A stretch of DNA of 23,770 bases from Bdellovibrionota bacterium FG-2 (GCA_051382305.1 JBBCAV010000159.1:1-23770); one strand, 5' to 3'; counted from the first letter of the stretch, positions 8,447 to 19,105 are shown. Notes: a model not told the origin generated them from the letters alone. Made by a program: numbers and translations.

Positions 8447-9844
8447 ATGGCCGAAGCAGTTGAAGAAAAAAGAAGAATTGGGCAGCCCGTAAATCAAAAA
8501 TCCGAAATTAAGACCGCTATTCCAGGACCTCTGAGTAAAACGCTGATTGAGCGCGAGAGCAAAGTGGTCGCGCCGGGTCTTCAGCGTTTTGCGCAAATGG
8601 CAGGCATCGTAGTGCAAAAGGGGCGCGGAAGCGCGCTCACCGACGTGGATGGTAACACCTTCTTGGATGTCATCGGCGGAATCGGTGTGAACGGTCTGGG
8701 CCATTCTCACCCTCGTTATGTCAAGACCTTGCAGGATCAAGTGGCCGAGCTCTCCGTCGGGAGTTTCACGTCGCCACCCCGAGTGGAACTCTTGGAGCGG
8801 ATTGCTGAGCATCGTCCGGCTCCCGCGGTCTTTCGCACTCAGCTTTACTCTGGGGGCGCGGAGGCGGTGGAATCCGCACTGCGTCTCGCCAAATGTTACA
8901 CGGGCAAATACGAATTTGTGAGTTTTTGGGGCGGCTTTCATGGCAAAACCATGGGAGCGCTCTCGCTGATGGGCTCGGATTTTAAGGCGGGTTTGGGCCC
9001 CATGCTTCCCGGTTCTCATATCGCGCCTTATGCTTATTGTTATCGTTGTCCTTTGAAAGCAACCTATCCCTCATGTGGGATGGGATGCGCAGAAATGGCT
9101 CGCAAACAAATTAAGGCCAACACGTCGGGCTCAATTGCCGCGTTTATTGTGGAACCGATGCAGGGATCTGCGGGAAACATCATTCCGCCTAAAGAGTTTC
9201 TCCAAGCCGTTCGCTCCATGGCAGACGAGTTTGGAGCCCTGATGATTGCTGATGAAATGATCACAGGCTTCGGCCGCACTGGCAAATACTGGGGAATCGA
9301 GCACTCGGGCGTGAAACCCGATATCGTGACCATAGGAAAACAATTTGGAGGGGGCGTGCCCGTAAGTGGTCTCATTGTCCGCGATGAGATTGCTAATGCG
9401 CAGCCTTGGGCGAAACCTTCGGGATCTTCTTCGAGTTATGGGGGCAATCCTTTGGTGAGTGCTGCCGGTGCCATGGCCTTGCGAATTATTGACGAAGAAG
9501 GATTGGTCGAAAATTCACGCAAGATGGGCGAACACCTTTTGAAACGCTTGCAGTCCATGGTCGATGAATATCCGTTTATCGGCGAAGTCAGAGGTCAGGG
9601 GCTATTTTTAGCCGTGGAATTTGTTCGTGACAAAACAACCCGCGAAGCGATTTCCAAGACCGTTACCCATTGGATTTTCGATGAGTGCGTAAAGCGCGGT
9701 TTGCTTACGATGTCTTATGAGCCTAAATTCAGACTTCAACCTGCGATGACGATTGATGCTCAAACATTGGACAACGTGGTTGAAATTCTGAAGGAGGTTT
9801 TTGACCTCCTTAAGCAAAATCAAATGTGGCAGCAGAAGGCGTGA
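8447..9844 (+). CDS. Class III PLP-dependent aminotransferase (GabT/ArgD-like), substrate uncertain
   Basis: D.DGN.FLD..GGI, SGGAEAVESAL, FHGKT, EPMQG, IADEMITGFGRTG, PDIVTIGK (PLP lysine), YGGNP, EVRGQGL; AAGGAG RBS. Confidence 0.93.
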   Translation: MAEAVEEKRRIGQPVNQKSEIKTAIPGPLSKTLIERESKVVAPGLQRFAQMAGIVVQKGRGSALTDVDGNTFLDVIGGIGVNGLGHSHPRYVKTLQDQVAELSVGSFTSPPRVELLERIAEHRPAPAVFRTQLYSGGAEAVESALRLAKCYTGKYEFVSFWGGFHGKTMGALSLMGSDFKAGLGPMLPGSHIAPYAYCYRCPLKATYPSCGMGCAEMARKQIKANTSGSIAAFIVEPMQGSAGNIIPPKEFLQAVRSMADEFGALMIADEMITGFGRTGKYWGIEHSGVKPDIVTIGKQFGGGVPVSGLIVRDEIANAQPWAKPSGSSSSYGGNPLVSAAGAMALRIIDEEGLVENSRKMGEHLLKRLQSMVDEYPFIGEVRGQGLFLAVEFVRDKTTREAISKTVTHWIFDECVKRGLLTMSYEPKFRLQPAMTIDAQTLDNVVEILKEVFDLLKQNQMWQQKA

Positions 9845-9856
9845 GGGGAGTGCTTT

Positions 9857-11038
9857 ATGTTTCGTGATCGACTTTTGAAGGAAATTCTCTCCACCCCGTC
9901 CGCCCCTTATCGCGAAGGGCAGATGGTGAGCTTGATTTCCGGGGTATTAAAAGAGGGCGGTGTGCCTTTCTTCTTTGATCCTTGTGGCAATATCGTTGTG
10001 GGCGTGAGTTCGGATTCCCAATATCGTGCGCTCTTATCAAAGAAGTCCTCCGAGCCTGTGCGGATCTTCATGGCTCACTTGGATCATCCCGGTTTTCACG
10101 GCGTGAAGTGGCAAACGCCGCGCAAGCTTGCGGTGAGATGGTTTGGCGGCTCTCCCACGAGGCATCTCAATGGCTCAAAGGTTTGGCTCTCTTCGGGAGC
10201 CGGGCCTGTTGAGACCGGAGTTCTTCAAAATGTCGTGTTTAAGAAGAAGACGAAGCGCATCCATAACCCCTCGATTGAGTCGGGGGTTGTGGTTTTTAAA
10301 TCAAATCAAGAGATCAAGGCCGCAGATTTTTTTGGAGGCTTTGCCTTTCGGAAACCGGTTTGGCAAAAAGGTCCGCTCGTCTATACAAAGGCGGCCGATG
10401 ACCTGGTTGGATGCTTTACCATTGTTTCAACAGCGTTGGACCTTTGGAAAAAGAAGTCCTCTAACCGCCCCCCCTTCTTGGGCGTGCTTACGCGGGCTGA
10501 AGAAGTGGGCCTTATTGGTGCGCTTGGGCATTTTCAATTGGGATGGCTTCAAACGGCCAAGCGTGAATTTGTCATAGTGAGCATTGAAACTTCTCGCGCA
10601 CTTCCTGGAGCTGCAATCGGAAAGGGCCCTGTAGTACGGTTGGGGGATCGTTCGACGGTTTTTGATCCTCGTGCTCTTCAAGTTTTTCGTCAGGTCGCAA
10701 AAAAGGTTTTGCCGGGCACCCATCAAGTGAAATTAATGGATGGGGGGACTTGCGAGGCTTCGGGCGCGATGGCTTATGGCTTTGCGTGCGTGGGGATTTC
10801 GGTTCCTTTAGGAAACTACCATAACCAAAGTATTGAAGGTGGGCCCGACTCAAGGGGGCTTTCGGGACCTGCGCCTGAGTTTGTGCATCGGATGGATATC
10901 CAAGGCGTGTTAAAACTTTGTCATGGACTGCTGATGCCGGACCTTCCGTGGGTGAATCCTTGGGAAACGATGCGACAAGATTTTGACGGATTTTATAAGA
11001 AAGTCCAAAAACTCATGCGTGCTTACCAGCGGTGGTAA
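9857..11038 (+). CDS. M42/M20-clan (MH) dinuclear metallopeptidase/hydrolase
   Basis: Metal-ligand motifs AHLDHPG, ADDLVG, RAEEVG, SIETS and C-terminal NYH; GGTCEA. Confidence 0.85.
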   Translation: MFRDRLLKEILSTPSAPYREGQMVSLISGVLKEGGVPFFFDPCGNIVVGVSSDSQYRALLSKKSSEPVRIFMAHLDHPGFHGVKWQTPRKLAVRWFGGSPTRHLNGSKVWLSSGAGPVETGVLQNVVFKKKTKRIHNPSIESGVVVFKSNQEIKAADFFGGFAFRKPVWQKGPLVYTKAADDLVGCFTIVSTALDLWKKKSSNRPPFLGVLTRAEEVGLIGALGHFQLGWLQTAKREFVIVSIETSRALPGAAIGKGPVVRLGDRSTVFDPRALQVFRQVAKKVLPGTHQVKLMDGGTCEASGAMAYGFACVGISVPLGNYHNQSIEGGPDSRGLSGPAPEFVHRMDIQGVLKLCHGLLMPDLPWVNPWETMRQDFDGFYKKVQKLMRAYQRW

Positions 11039-11502
11039 GCGGGGTGCCCGGGCTTTACTGCGACAAAAATACCTCTGCACGTTGCACACACTTTCCCTCC
11101 GGCCGTGAGGGTGGCTTCAACAGTCGCGCGATCTTCTCGTGATTCTATAACCTTGGCGGAAAGCCGTACTGTTTCTTGAGATGGAGTGGGGCGAAGAAGT
11201 TTGATCGCGTATTCTGCGGTGACCGTGCAGGGAGGGGTATCGAGTCCTGCTTTTTTCATCAGGTGGTATGCGGCGGTCCAATTGGAATGGCAGTCCAAAA
11301 GAGAGCCTATAATGCCTCCATTTAGCATACCTGGAAAAGCTTCATGATGGGCTTCGGGTTTCCATGTCGCCACAACTTCATCATTTTCCGGGTAGCTTGA
11401 AATTCGCAAGCCTTTGGCGTTTGCAGGCCCACAACCAAAACAGGTGCTATGGGGGGCGTAGGTTTGTTGCAGTCCCTTATTTTCTTTCGCTGTGCTTGCC
11501 AT
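11023..11502 (-). CDS. PaaI-family (hotdog fold) thioesterase
   Basis: CFGCG..N..GL, PGMLNGGIIGSLLD, VTAEY.IK.LRPTP. Its 3' end overlaps the convergent gene by 16 nt. Confidence 0.9.
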   Translation of the reverse strand: MASTAKENKGLQQTYAPHSTCFGCGPANAKGLRISSYPENDEVVATWKPEAHHEAFPGMLNGGIIGSLLDCHSNWTAAYHLMKKAGLDTPPCTVTAEYAIKLLRPTPSQETVRLSAKVIESREDRATVEATLTAGGKVCATCRGIFVAVKPGHPAYHRW

Positions 11503-11574
11503 CGTCCGACTCGATTCTTTTCTTAGATGTTTTTCTTGCTCCCCAGGCGAGTTGGCCCGAGAATAAGAGTTAAT

Positions 11575-12042
11575 ATGACCGCCAATACGGATAGGCTAGC
11601 AAACCCAGTTTCTTCAGTCATTAAATTGAGGGCAGAGGATTTTGAGAACCTCGCCTACACAGTTCATTTTGCCAATACCACGACTAAAACTCAATTGGAA
11701 CCTAAAGCAGGCGTTGAGATTGTAGAGTTCGCAGAAAAAAAAGTGACGCTTCGGGTGCCGCGGTTGTCTTGTTCGTTGGGGCATAGCTTGCTTTTGGAGA
11801 TCGATATCCTGGAGAGGGCGAAAGATAAAGATAAAATCGGGGGAAAAGGACGGGCAAGCTCCAAGGACGTTTTTTTTAAGGCGACGGGGAAAGTCATTGA
11901 TCTAGAACATGTGGGAAAAAAATCCACGATTATCACGGTCGAGTTTATCCAATATACTGAAAGTGAATGGCAGAAATTTATTGCAAGCTTTGTGAGGCGT
12001 CAGTCGCGCGTTAACAAGATTTTCAAAATGATTAAGGAGTAG
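11575..12042 (+). CDS. Hypothetical protein, possible degenerate PilZ-like beta-barrel
   Basis: Beta-rich pattern with G..L.L.I, F.ATGKV, VEF, then an amphipathic helix; no RxxxR or D/NxSxxG motif. The start (11575 versus 11527) is uncertain. Confidence 0.6.
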   Translation: MTANTDRLANPVSSVIKLRAEDFENLAYTVHFANTTTKTQLEPKAGVEIVEFAEKKVTLRVPRLSCSLGHSLLLEIDILERAKDKDKIGGKGRASSKDVFFKATGKVIDLEHVGKKSTIITVEFIQYTESEWQKFIASFVRRQSRVNKIFKMIKE

Positions 12043-13410
12043 ATGATGGCGTTTGATGCACGCGCCAAGGAAAATAAATCTTTCTTGGATTATATGGAAC
12101 ATAGGCGGGGCCTTGTAGTGGATCCGAACTCCTCCAGTCGCGTGGCAGCGCGAAAGATGTTAGGAGTTTTAGGGATCAAGAGTGCCAATATCGATATTGC
12201 GGAGAGCTTTGCGGAAGCGGCAGATAAACTTCAGAAAAGTGTTTTTGAGGTTATTGTCTCTGAGTACGATTTTGCTGGTCATACTGCCGTGGAACTTTTG
12301 AAGTTACAACGTGAGCGAAACCCGAGCAGTTTGGATACGGTGTTTTTGTTACTCTCGGAAAAAAATTCTCCATCGATTGCAAGTCAGGTCGCTGAGGGTG
12401 ATTTTGATGGATTGGTCATTCGCCCGTTTAACATGGCAGCCCTGCAAGACAAGTTTGTCGAGATTGTCACGGCGAAACTTACCCCAAGCAAATACCAGCA
12501 GGCCCTGGAAAAAGGTAAAATCCTGATGGCTGAAGGGAAGTTTGCCGATGCCATCAAGGTGTTTGAAGCGGTTCAGACTTTGGACGCGTCCCCTGCGTTG
12601 GCCTGTTATTTTGCGGGCGCCTGCCATCGTAAACTCGGGGATGTGGCAGCTGCGAAAAAAAGTTATGAAACGGGGTTGGCGAAGGACCCCAAGCATTTCA
12701 AGTGTCTTACGGGTTTATTTGAGATTGTTTTTGAGCAAAAAGAGTTTGATAAAGCCTATGAATTGGGTGCGGTATTGTCCAAGGAATTTCCGGTAAGTCC
12801 GGAACGAATTCCGCAATTTATTTTGCTGTGTGTGCACAATAAAAAATATGAGGATATCCTTGGCTATTACGAAGTGCTCTCTGCGCTAGAAGTCAAGGAT
12901 CCAGCTTTGCAAAATGCTGTTGCTGCTGGTCTGGTGATGGCCGCCAAGTTTTTTCTTAAGGAGGGCAAGACCGGCGATGGCGTGAACGCGCTCAATAAGG
13001 CCGAGAGCCTTGCGCGAAGCAGACCTGGGATTTTGAAAGAAATCCTTTTTGCTTTTTTAGGGGCGGGGCTGAAAGAGGAGGCTGAGGCGATTTACAAGAA
13101 ACTTCCCACGGAAATGAAAGACACGAAGGAACTCCGGCTTGCTGAGCTAGAATTACTGCACATTAAGAATGATCCGGGCCGTGCCCTTCAGGCGGGCATG
13201 GATTTGATTAAGAAGGAAGTTAAAGACGCCCGTCTTTATGAGATTGTTATTTTGCGTTCTATCGAGTCCAAGCGAAGGAAAGAGAGCGTTGACGAATTTT
13301 TGCAAAATGCGAGAACGCTGTTTCCCGACAAAAAAGAACTTTTTGATTCGCTCGCTGAAAAAGCAGAAGACGCTTATGCGGAAGAAGATGAAGACGACGA
13401 GGAAAGCTGA
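12043..13410 (+). CDS. Atypical response-regulator receiver domain plus TPR repeats
   Basis: Receiver-like LVVD...VIVSEY...LLLS...VIRPF; TPR-like helices (F.DAIKVFE.V, YFAG.C...LGD...AKKSYE.GL..DP); acidic tail. ATG directly follows the upstream TAG. Confidence 0.85.
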   Translation: MMAFDARAKENKSFLDYMEHRRGLVVDPNSSSRVAARKMLGVLGIKSANIDIAESFAEAADKLQKSVFEVIVSEYDFAGHTAVELLKLQRERNPSSLDTVFLLLSEKNSPSIASQVAEGDFDGLVIRPFNMAALQDKFVEIVTAKLTPSKYQQALEKGKILMAEGKFADAIKVFEAVQTLDASPALACYFAGACHRKLGDVAAAKKSYETGLAKDPKHFKCLTGLFEIVFEQKEFDKAYELGAVLSKEFPVSPERIPQFILLCVHNKKYEDILGYYEVLSALEVKDPALQNAVAAGLVMAAKFFLKEGKTGDGVNALNKAESLARSRPGILKEILFAFLGAGLKEEAEAIYKKLPTEMKDTKELRLAELELLHIKNDPGRALQAGMDLIKKEVKDARLYEIVILRSIESKRRKESVDEFLQNARTLFPDKKELFDSLAEKAEDAYAEEDEDDEES

Positions 13411-13421
13411 TCCGGCGGTTT

Positions 13422-14252
13422 TTAGTTCTGTGTCCGGAGGTCTTTGAGTTCAATTTTGCGTGCGGGAATGCCTCCCCAGGTCTCACCGGCTGGGATTTTG
13501 GTTTTTGGCAACACGACGGAATTCGGGAGAATTTTTGCATTTACTCCAATCTCCACGCCCCCCATCACTATCGCACGAAGGCCCAGTGTCGCGCCGGCGC
13601 CGATTTTGACGGGAGAAATCACGAGAAACCCGCCCACGCCATAATGGGCAAGCACGGTGGCTGACCCGCCAATGGTCGCACGATCGCCCAGCTCAATGAG
13701 TCCAGGGTCTGAAATGTTGGAAGAATTGATTTGCGCGTCTTTTCCGATTTTCATGCCCATCATTCGATAAAACAGCAAATTAAAAGGCGTGGGCGTGATG
13801 AAATCCAAGATCGTGTATCTGACAAGGTAGGTGAGTCCGTTGTGGATGTACCAGCGGACGACATCGACGGAGTAGTAGGGACCTCGAAAAGGTCGGGGCG
13901 TTAATCGAAAAATAAAATTCACAAAAGGGACGACAAAAATAAGGGTAAAACCAAAAGCGAAAAATCCAAGAGCAAGCCCAGTGCCCAGGGCACCATATCT
14001 AAAGATTGGAGATGCAAGCGCAGAAGAGTCAGAGATCCACCCAAAGATCGCTACACCAGGAGCTGCCGAAATCCCAAGACAAATGGCTGCGATCCCATAA
14101 AGTGGCAAGATCGTGAGTGCGTGAACGAGACGCTTGGAGCGTCTTAAAATGGATTCATAGAGTCCAACCAGCCCTTTGTAGGAACTCCCTTGCGGGTTGA
14201 GGTTTTTTTGACGCTGCGTCTGTCCGGTAGGAGGAGGTTGATTTTGGTCCAT
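13422..14252 (-). CDS. Membrane-anchored hexapeptide-repeat (left-handed beta-helix) acyltransferase-like protein
   Basis: Two N-terminal hydrophobic helices, then MGMKIGKDAQIN, IELGDRATIG, VKIGAGATLG, VEIGVNAKI and WGGIPA. Confidence 0.85.
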   Translation of the reverse strand: MDQNQPPPTGQTQRQKNLNPQGSSYKGLVGLYESILRRSKRLVHALTILPLYGIAAICLGISAAPGVAIFGWISDSSALASPIFRYGALGTGLALGFFAFGFTLIFVVPFVNFIFRLTPRPFRGPYYSVDVVRWYIHNGLTYLVRYTILDFITPTPFNLLFYRMMGMKIGKDAQINSSNISDPGLIELGDRATIGGSATVLAHYGVGGFLVISPVKIGAGATLGLRAIVMGGVEIGVNAKILPNSVVLPKTKIPAGETWGGIPARKIELKDLRTQN

Positions 14253-14323
14253 TCTAGTCTAGTATCCTAGAGCCTCGAAGGATGTGCAATGCAAAAGAGC
14301 AGAGTTTGTATTAGACTTTGTCT

Positions 14324-16003
14324 ATGCTCACAGACATCGATATCGCGCGCGCGGCGAAAACTAAGCGCATCACAGAAATCGCAAAATCCATTGGCATCCC
14401 TGAAGAGGCGTTAGAGCCTTATGGCCACACAAAGGCCAAGCTTTCGTCGGATTTCGTAGCAGGTCTTAATCAGTCCACTCGCCCTGATGGCAGGCTGATC
14501 TTGGTTACGGCGATTAGCCCTACTCCGGCAGGAGAGGGGAAAACGACGACAACCATTGGGTTGGGTGATGCGCTCAAGCGCATTGGGAAAAAGACGATGA
14601 TTTGCCTGCGAGAGCCCTCTTTGGGTCCCGTTTTTGGAATGAAAGGCGGCGCGACAGGAGGCGGGTTTGCACAGGTGGTTCCCATGGAGGAAATCAACCT
14701 GCATTTTACTGGAGATTTTGGAGCGATCGCTCTTGCCAACAATTTGCTTGCGGCCTTGATTGACAATCACATTCATCACGGCAATGAACTAGGTTTTGAT
14801 ACTCGCCGGATTACGTGGCGACGAGTGGTAGATCTCAACGATCGCGCACTCCGCGAGGTGACCGTGGGTCTAGGTGGAGTGCCCAATGGGTTTCCAAGGC
14901 AAGACGGGTTTGATATCGTCGTCGCTTCCGAAGTGATGGCGATTTTTTGCCTCGCGAGTTCTCTCATGGATCTTAAAGCGCGGTTGGGAAATATTATCGT
15001 CGGCTATAGTCGAGCGCAAAAGCCCATTCGCGCGCGTGATCTCAGCGCTCATGGTTCGATGGCTGTGCTGCTAAAAGACGCGCTCAAGCCTAATCTTGTG
15101 CAGACGCTTGAGCATACGCCCGCGCTGATTCATGGAGGACCGTTTGCAAATATTGCTCACGGGTGTAACTCCGTCATCGCCACTCGAGCTGGCCTTAAAC
15201 TTGCCGACTATGTCGTGACTGAAGCCGGTTTTGGCGCAGATTTGGGGGCAGAAAAGTTTTTGGACATCAAGTGCCGAAAATCAGGAATTCGCCCGGCTGC
15301 GGTCGTCATTGTCGCAACGATTCGCGCTTTAAAGTTTCATGGAGGTGTGGATCTTAAGGACTTGGGTACCGAAAACCTAGGCGCCCTTGAAAAAGGTTTA
15401 ATGAATCTTGAGCGGCATGTGCACAATATGCGGGAAAACTTCGGACTCTCTTGTGTCGTGGCGATTAATCGCTTTAGTCAGGATACGGCGGACGAAATTG
15501 CTCAAGTTCAGAAGTTTTTCTCATCCCAAGGGATTCCAGTGGTGTTGGCAACTCATTGGGCCGATGGAGGAGCGGGGGCTGAAGAGTTGGCTCGGACGGT
15601 GGTCGAAGTCATAGATAGAAATACGACAAACTTTCGGCTTCTTTACGAAGACTCCGCCACTCTTTGGGAGAAGATGGAGACGATTGCTAAGAAAATGTAC
15701 GGGGCCACTCAAGTAACCGCGTCTTCTTCAGTGAAAAAAGAAATCGCCCGCCTTCAGAAAGAGGGTTTTGGAGAGTTCCCGGTATGTGTCGCTAAAACTC
15801 AGTATTCGTTTTCGACTGACCCTGATCTTCGTGGCGCGCCTACGGGGCACACGGTGGATGTGCGAGAGGTAAGGCTGTCGGCTGGAGCAGAGTTTGTCGT
15901 GATGATTTGTGGGAGTATAATGACGATGCCGGGATTGCCTAAGGTTCCGTCCGCTCACAAGATAGATTTAGATTCCAGCGGGAATATTATCGGATTAAGT
16001 TGA
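14324..16003 (+). CDS. fhs: Formate--tetrahydrofolate ligase
   Basis: [79 protein letters not shown]. Start is ATG 14324 or TTG 14318. Confidence 0.98.
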   Translation: MLTDIDIARAAKTKRITEIAKSIGIPEEALEPYGHTKAKLSSDFVAGLNQSTRPDGRLILVTAISPTPAGEGKTTTTIGLGDALKRIGKKTMICLREPSLGPVFGMKGGATGGGFAQVVPMEEINLHFTGDFGAIALANNLLAALIDNHIHHGNELGFDTRRITWRRVVDLNDRALREVTVGLGGVPNGFPRQDGFDIVVASEVMAIFCLASSLMDLKARLGNIIVGYSRAQKPIRARDLSAHGSMAVLLKDALKPNLVQTLEHTPALIHGGPFANIAHGCNSVIATRAGLKLADYVVTEAGFGADLGAEKFLDIKCRKSGIRPAAVVIVATIRALKFHGGVDLKDLGTENLGALEKGLMNLERHVHNMRENFGLSCVVAINRFSQDTADEIAQVQKFFSSQGIPVVLATHWADGGAGAEELARTVVEVIDRNTTNFRLLYEDSATLWEKMETIAKKMYGATQVTASSSVKKEIARLQKEGFGEFPVCVAKTQYSFSTDPDLRGAPTGHTVDVREVRLSAGAEFVVMICGSIMTMPGLPKVPSAHKIDLDSSGNIIGLS

Positions 16004-17835
16004 CGAAAAGAACTATGATGGCGCGTGTTGATTTAACCCGCTTTGTTCCGACCTCCCGCGAAGAAATGAAGGCTCGCGGTTGGGACGAGCTGGATATCCT
16101 GCTCGTGAGCGGGGATGCGTACGTCGATCATCCGAGTTTTGGGATTCCTCTTTTGGCGCGCGTTCTGATGAAGGAAGGCTACAAGGTCGGAATCCTCGCA
16201 CAGCCTAATTTTCCTGGGTTTCGAGGGACAAAGCCGGCTCCAAGGCCTGCCGCAAATGAGGCCGAAGCGCTAGAAAGCTTTCGAAGGTTGGGTGTGCCTA
16301 GGCTTTTTGTGGGTGTGAGTGCCGGGGTTGTCGATTCGATGATTAACCTGTACACCGCAAACAAAAAGCCCCGCTCCGATGATATGTACGCGCCGGGGGG
16401 CTGGGCGGGATATCGACCTGAGTATTCAACGATTGCCTATTCTCAGTTGGCGCGAAAAGCGTTTCCTGGGGTGCCCGTGATTGCCGGCGGTGTAGAAGCG
16501 TCGCTGCGAAGATTGGCACATTATGATTATTGGCAGAATCGAGTGCGACCTTCGCTTTTGATAGATTGTCAGGCGGATTTATTTGTGTTCGGAATGGGGG
16601 AGCAACAGGCGCTTACGATTGCGCGCCGCTTATCAGAAGCCAAGCAATTGAACTCTGAGGGTGCGATTCATGCGGCGTTGGGGATGTTAAAAAAAGAGCG
16701 CGGAATTGCCGCGATTTGGTCAAAAGAAGAAGCGCGCACGATTGAACATCGCTTGACGCTTCCTTCTTATGAAGAAGTTCGCGAGAGTAAAAAGAAGTTT
16801 GCCCGAGCCGCCTATTTTATTGAACTGGAGTCCAATCCCTTTAACGCCAAAACGTTGATTCAGTACCATGGTTCCAAAGCCGTCGTCGTGAACCCTCCCG
16901 CTCTACCTCTTTCGACGGAAGCCCTGGATCGTCTCTATGAATTGCCTTTTACAAAAGAGCCTCATTTTCAGTACAAAGAAAAGATCCCAGCCGCGGAGAT
17001 GATTCGTTCCTCCGTGACGGTGAATCGGGGTTGTTTTGGGGGCTGCTCGTTTTGCGCGATTACCTTGCACCAAGGACGGGTGGTTCAATCGCGTTCTGAA
17101 GAGTCTGTTTTAAAAGAGTTGGCGGAATTGGCTTCGGTTGAAGGTTTTAAGGGAATTGTCTCGGACTTGGGCGGCCCGACTGCGAATATGTATAAATTGC
17201 GCTGCAAGAGTCCTGAGGTTCAGAGCAAGTGCCGTAAGTTGTCGTGTGTTTTTCCCGGGATTTGCCCGCATTTGATCACGGATCACAGGCCCCAGGTGGC
17301 ACTATTAAAGAAGTCCCGGCAGGTTAAGGGCGTGCGCAAAGTTTTTGTGGCCAGTGGCCTGCGCTATGATTTGGCGCTTTTGAGTCCCGAGTATATGCGG
17401 GAGCTTTTTTCGCATCACGTAGGCGGACATCTTAAGGTCGCGCCCGAGCACCTGGATCCAGAGGTGCTCCGGCTAATGAAAAAACCTGGGTTTGAACTTT
17501 TTGAGAGGTTTCGTGAGGAGTTTGAGAGGATTTCGCAAGAAGCGGGTAAAGAACAATTTTTAGTGCCCTATTTCATTTCGGGTTTTCCGGGAACGACGCC
17601 AGAAAAGATGGAGTGCGTTCATGATTGGGTGAAGCGCGAGAATTGGAAACTGCAGCAGGTTCAGGGTTTTATTCCTTCTCCTATGGCTTTGGCGAGCGCG
17701 ATGTACTGGACAGGGATTGATCCGGCCTCAGGGCGTGAGTTGCATGTGGCAAAAGATCCCAGGGAGAAGCGACTGCAGCAGACGATGCTGCAACCGCACC
17801 ACAAGGGTGGGCGTAGGGCGGGGAAAAGGCGGTAG
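16000..17835 (+). CDS. ygiQ: YgiQ/UPF0313-family radical SAM protein
   Basis: [51 protein letters not shown] (CxxxCxxC), [22 protein letters not shown]. The start may be ATG 16015/16018. Confidence 0.93.
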   Translation: MTKRTMMARVDLTRFVPTSREEMKARGWDELDILLVSGDAYVDHPSFGIPLLARVLMKEGYKVGILAQPNFPGFRGTKPAPRPAANEAEALESFRRLGVPRLFVGVSAGVVDSMINLYTANKKPRSDDMYAPGGWAGYRPEYSTIAYSQLARKAFPGVPVIAGGVEASLRRLAHYDYWQNRVRPSLLIDCQADLFVFGMGEQQALTIARRLSEAKQLNSEGAIHAALGMLKKERGIAAIWSKEEARTIEHRLTLPSYEEVRESKKKFARAAYFIELESNPFNAKTLIQYHGSKAVVVNPPALPLSTEALDRLYELPFTKEPHFQYKEKIPAAEMIRSSVTVNRGCFGGCSFCAITLHQGRVVQSRSEESVLKELAELASVEGFKGIVSDLGGPTANMYKLRCKSPEVQSKCRKLSCVFPGICPHLITDHRPQVALLKKSRQVKGVRKVFVASGLRYDLALLSPEYMRELFSHHVGGHLKVAPEHLDPEVLRLMKKPGFELFERFREEFERISQEAGKEQFLVPYFISGFPGTTPEKMECVHDWVKRENWKLQQVQGFIPSPMALASAMYWTGIDPASGRELHVAKDPREKRLQQTMLQPHHKGGRRAGKRR

Positions 17836-17842
17836 GGTCGTA

Positions 17843-18014
17843 TCGCTTTGTCTAAAATCGTGGTCTTGCCGTTCTTCTTCGCATTTTGGTATCGACTTAA
17901 AATCGCAACTAGGTATTCTTTTGTGGCCTGGTAGCTCATCGAAACTGCCCTCCGTGGCGGCCGCAATCCGTTCCAAAATCTCAGGTGTGGTAACCGATAT
18001 TTTGAGGCAATTCG
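17843..18014 (-). mobile_element. Truncated IS remnant: terminal sequence plus the first ~32 codons of a transposase (ATG 17939)
   Basis: Inverted, highly similar copy of 23198-23443 lacking 75 nt; encodes MSYQATKEYLVAILSRYQNAKKNGKTTILDKA and ends beside the ygiQ stop. Confidence 0.9.
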
Positions 18015-18229
18015 CTGTCTTTCGAGTGACGATGCTGATCGCTTGTTGTCTGAATTTCTGCATTGCCAGCGGGTGCGCTCGATCGAACAAGATAACAATA
18101 TTTCATCCCACGGGGGTGTCCGCAAACGCTCAAAAAGCACCACGCGTATCGGTTGCTGGTGCTATCGCTGGAACCGCTCAGAAAGCAAAAGAAGAGGAAG
18201 AGTTTATTATATCAGGCTTCGCAAACTAG
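18011..18229 (+). pseudogene. Possible small lipoprotein gene whose 5' end was cut by the IS
   Basis: The frame immediately after the IS end reads FAVFRVTMLIACCLNFCIASGC|ARSN...FIISGFAN*, with an ASGC lipobox-like motif and no charged N-terminal start. Confidence 0.4.
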
Positions 18230-18261
18230 TCGTGAAACAGGTCATTTTGGGGGGGTAAAAT

Positions 18262-18800
18262 ATGAAATTTAAAGTATTTGGATCGAAGAGTGTTTGCCGA
18301 ATGCAGCGACTCGTTCCACTATTAATTCTATTGAGCACACTTGGCCCCGAGCAAGTCTATGCGGGCCCTTCTGGGGCGCTTGTCGTAGCAGCTGCACCTT
18401 CTCAGAAAGCATGATCCTCACCTCTCGTTTTACTCTTGTAAAATCAGTTTTCAGTTCAGGCACAGTTATCGGCCTTCCGGGAAAAGCAGGCGCTCCCATT
18501 CCTCATCTAATTATCAAAGGGACTTGCTCACTAGAAGGATCCACAAGTGCGCTAAATAGTTATGGGGCTAGTAGTTGTGAAAGCGTTATGATTGTTCCTC
18601 TGAGCGTTTCGCCGAATCAGCCATTGTTTGAATTGGTCAAAACCAATCTCGCGCACTGCATTCAAATGGCGACACTCGCAATGAGTAATCCTCAGAAATA
18701 TAGTTTTCTTGTATCAGGAACTCCAGTGAACAAAGGAATTCCCGTTTTTAATACCGACGGTGAAGATCCTACGGTGAGCTGTGGATTGGAAACCCAGTAA
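18262..18800 (+). pseudogene. Secreted hypothetical protein split by a -1 frameshift (or two coupled ORFs)
   Basis: ORF 18262-18414 has a G-rich RBS and encodes a signal peptide (…LVPLLILLSTLGPEQVYA|G). It overlaps by ATGA with ORF 18411-18800, which has 4 Cys and no signal peptide. Confidence 0.6.
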
Positions 18801-19070
18801 ACTAATGACTAGATTGTACTTAAGTTCCAGTTCGAGCTTGCATTGGTGAGTGGAGATTTCTTTGGCAAAACGTCTAACGCGGTTGCTCCTGTGTCGATAC
18901 AGGCTACAAACTTTAACATGGAAATTTGGATCAGACGGAAGCCAAAAACCACCCCTGCCCGGACGGGACAATGTTGGCATTGCAATTCGTCCCCCAAATT
19001 AGGAGGACCTTATCGTAGGGGTTGTCGGAAACTCGGTTTTCCGAAGAATCAGGTTTCTCCTTTTTGGGAC

Positions 19071-19099
19071 TTGACACTTACCCCCATCGGGGGTACTGT
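19071..19099 (+). promoter_or_regulatory. Sigma70-type promoter with palindromic operator for the second TA module
   Basis: TTGACA (19071-19076), 17 nt, TACTGT (19094-19099). Perfect inverted repeat TACCCCC-ATC-GGGGGTA at 19079-19095. Confidence 0.85.
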
Positions 19100-19105
19100 G
19101 TAGTA

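Noticed and set aside
14253..14323. Riboswitch (ZTP or THF) upstream of fhs
   Set aside because: The leader is only ~70 nt, is shared with a divergent gene, and shows no recognisable aptamer or terminator.
17661..18258. Long overlapping ORFs at the end of ygiQ
   Set aside because: Explained by the IS remnant and shadow frames of ygiQ; only the transposase stub and a possible lipoprotein tail look coding.
18714..19103. Short ORFs between the secreted gene and the second TA module
   Set aside because: No recognisable motif, RBS or consistent frame; they may be degraded coding DNA but cannot be supported.
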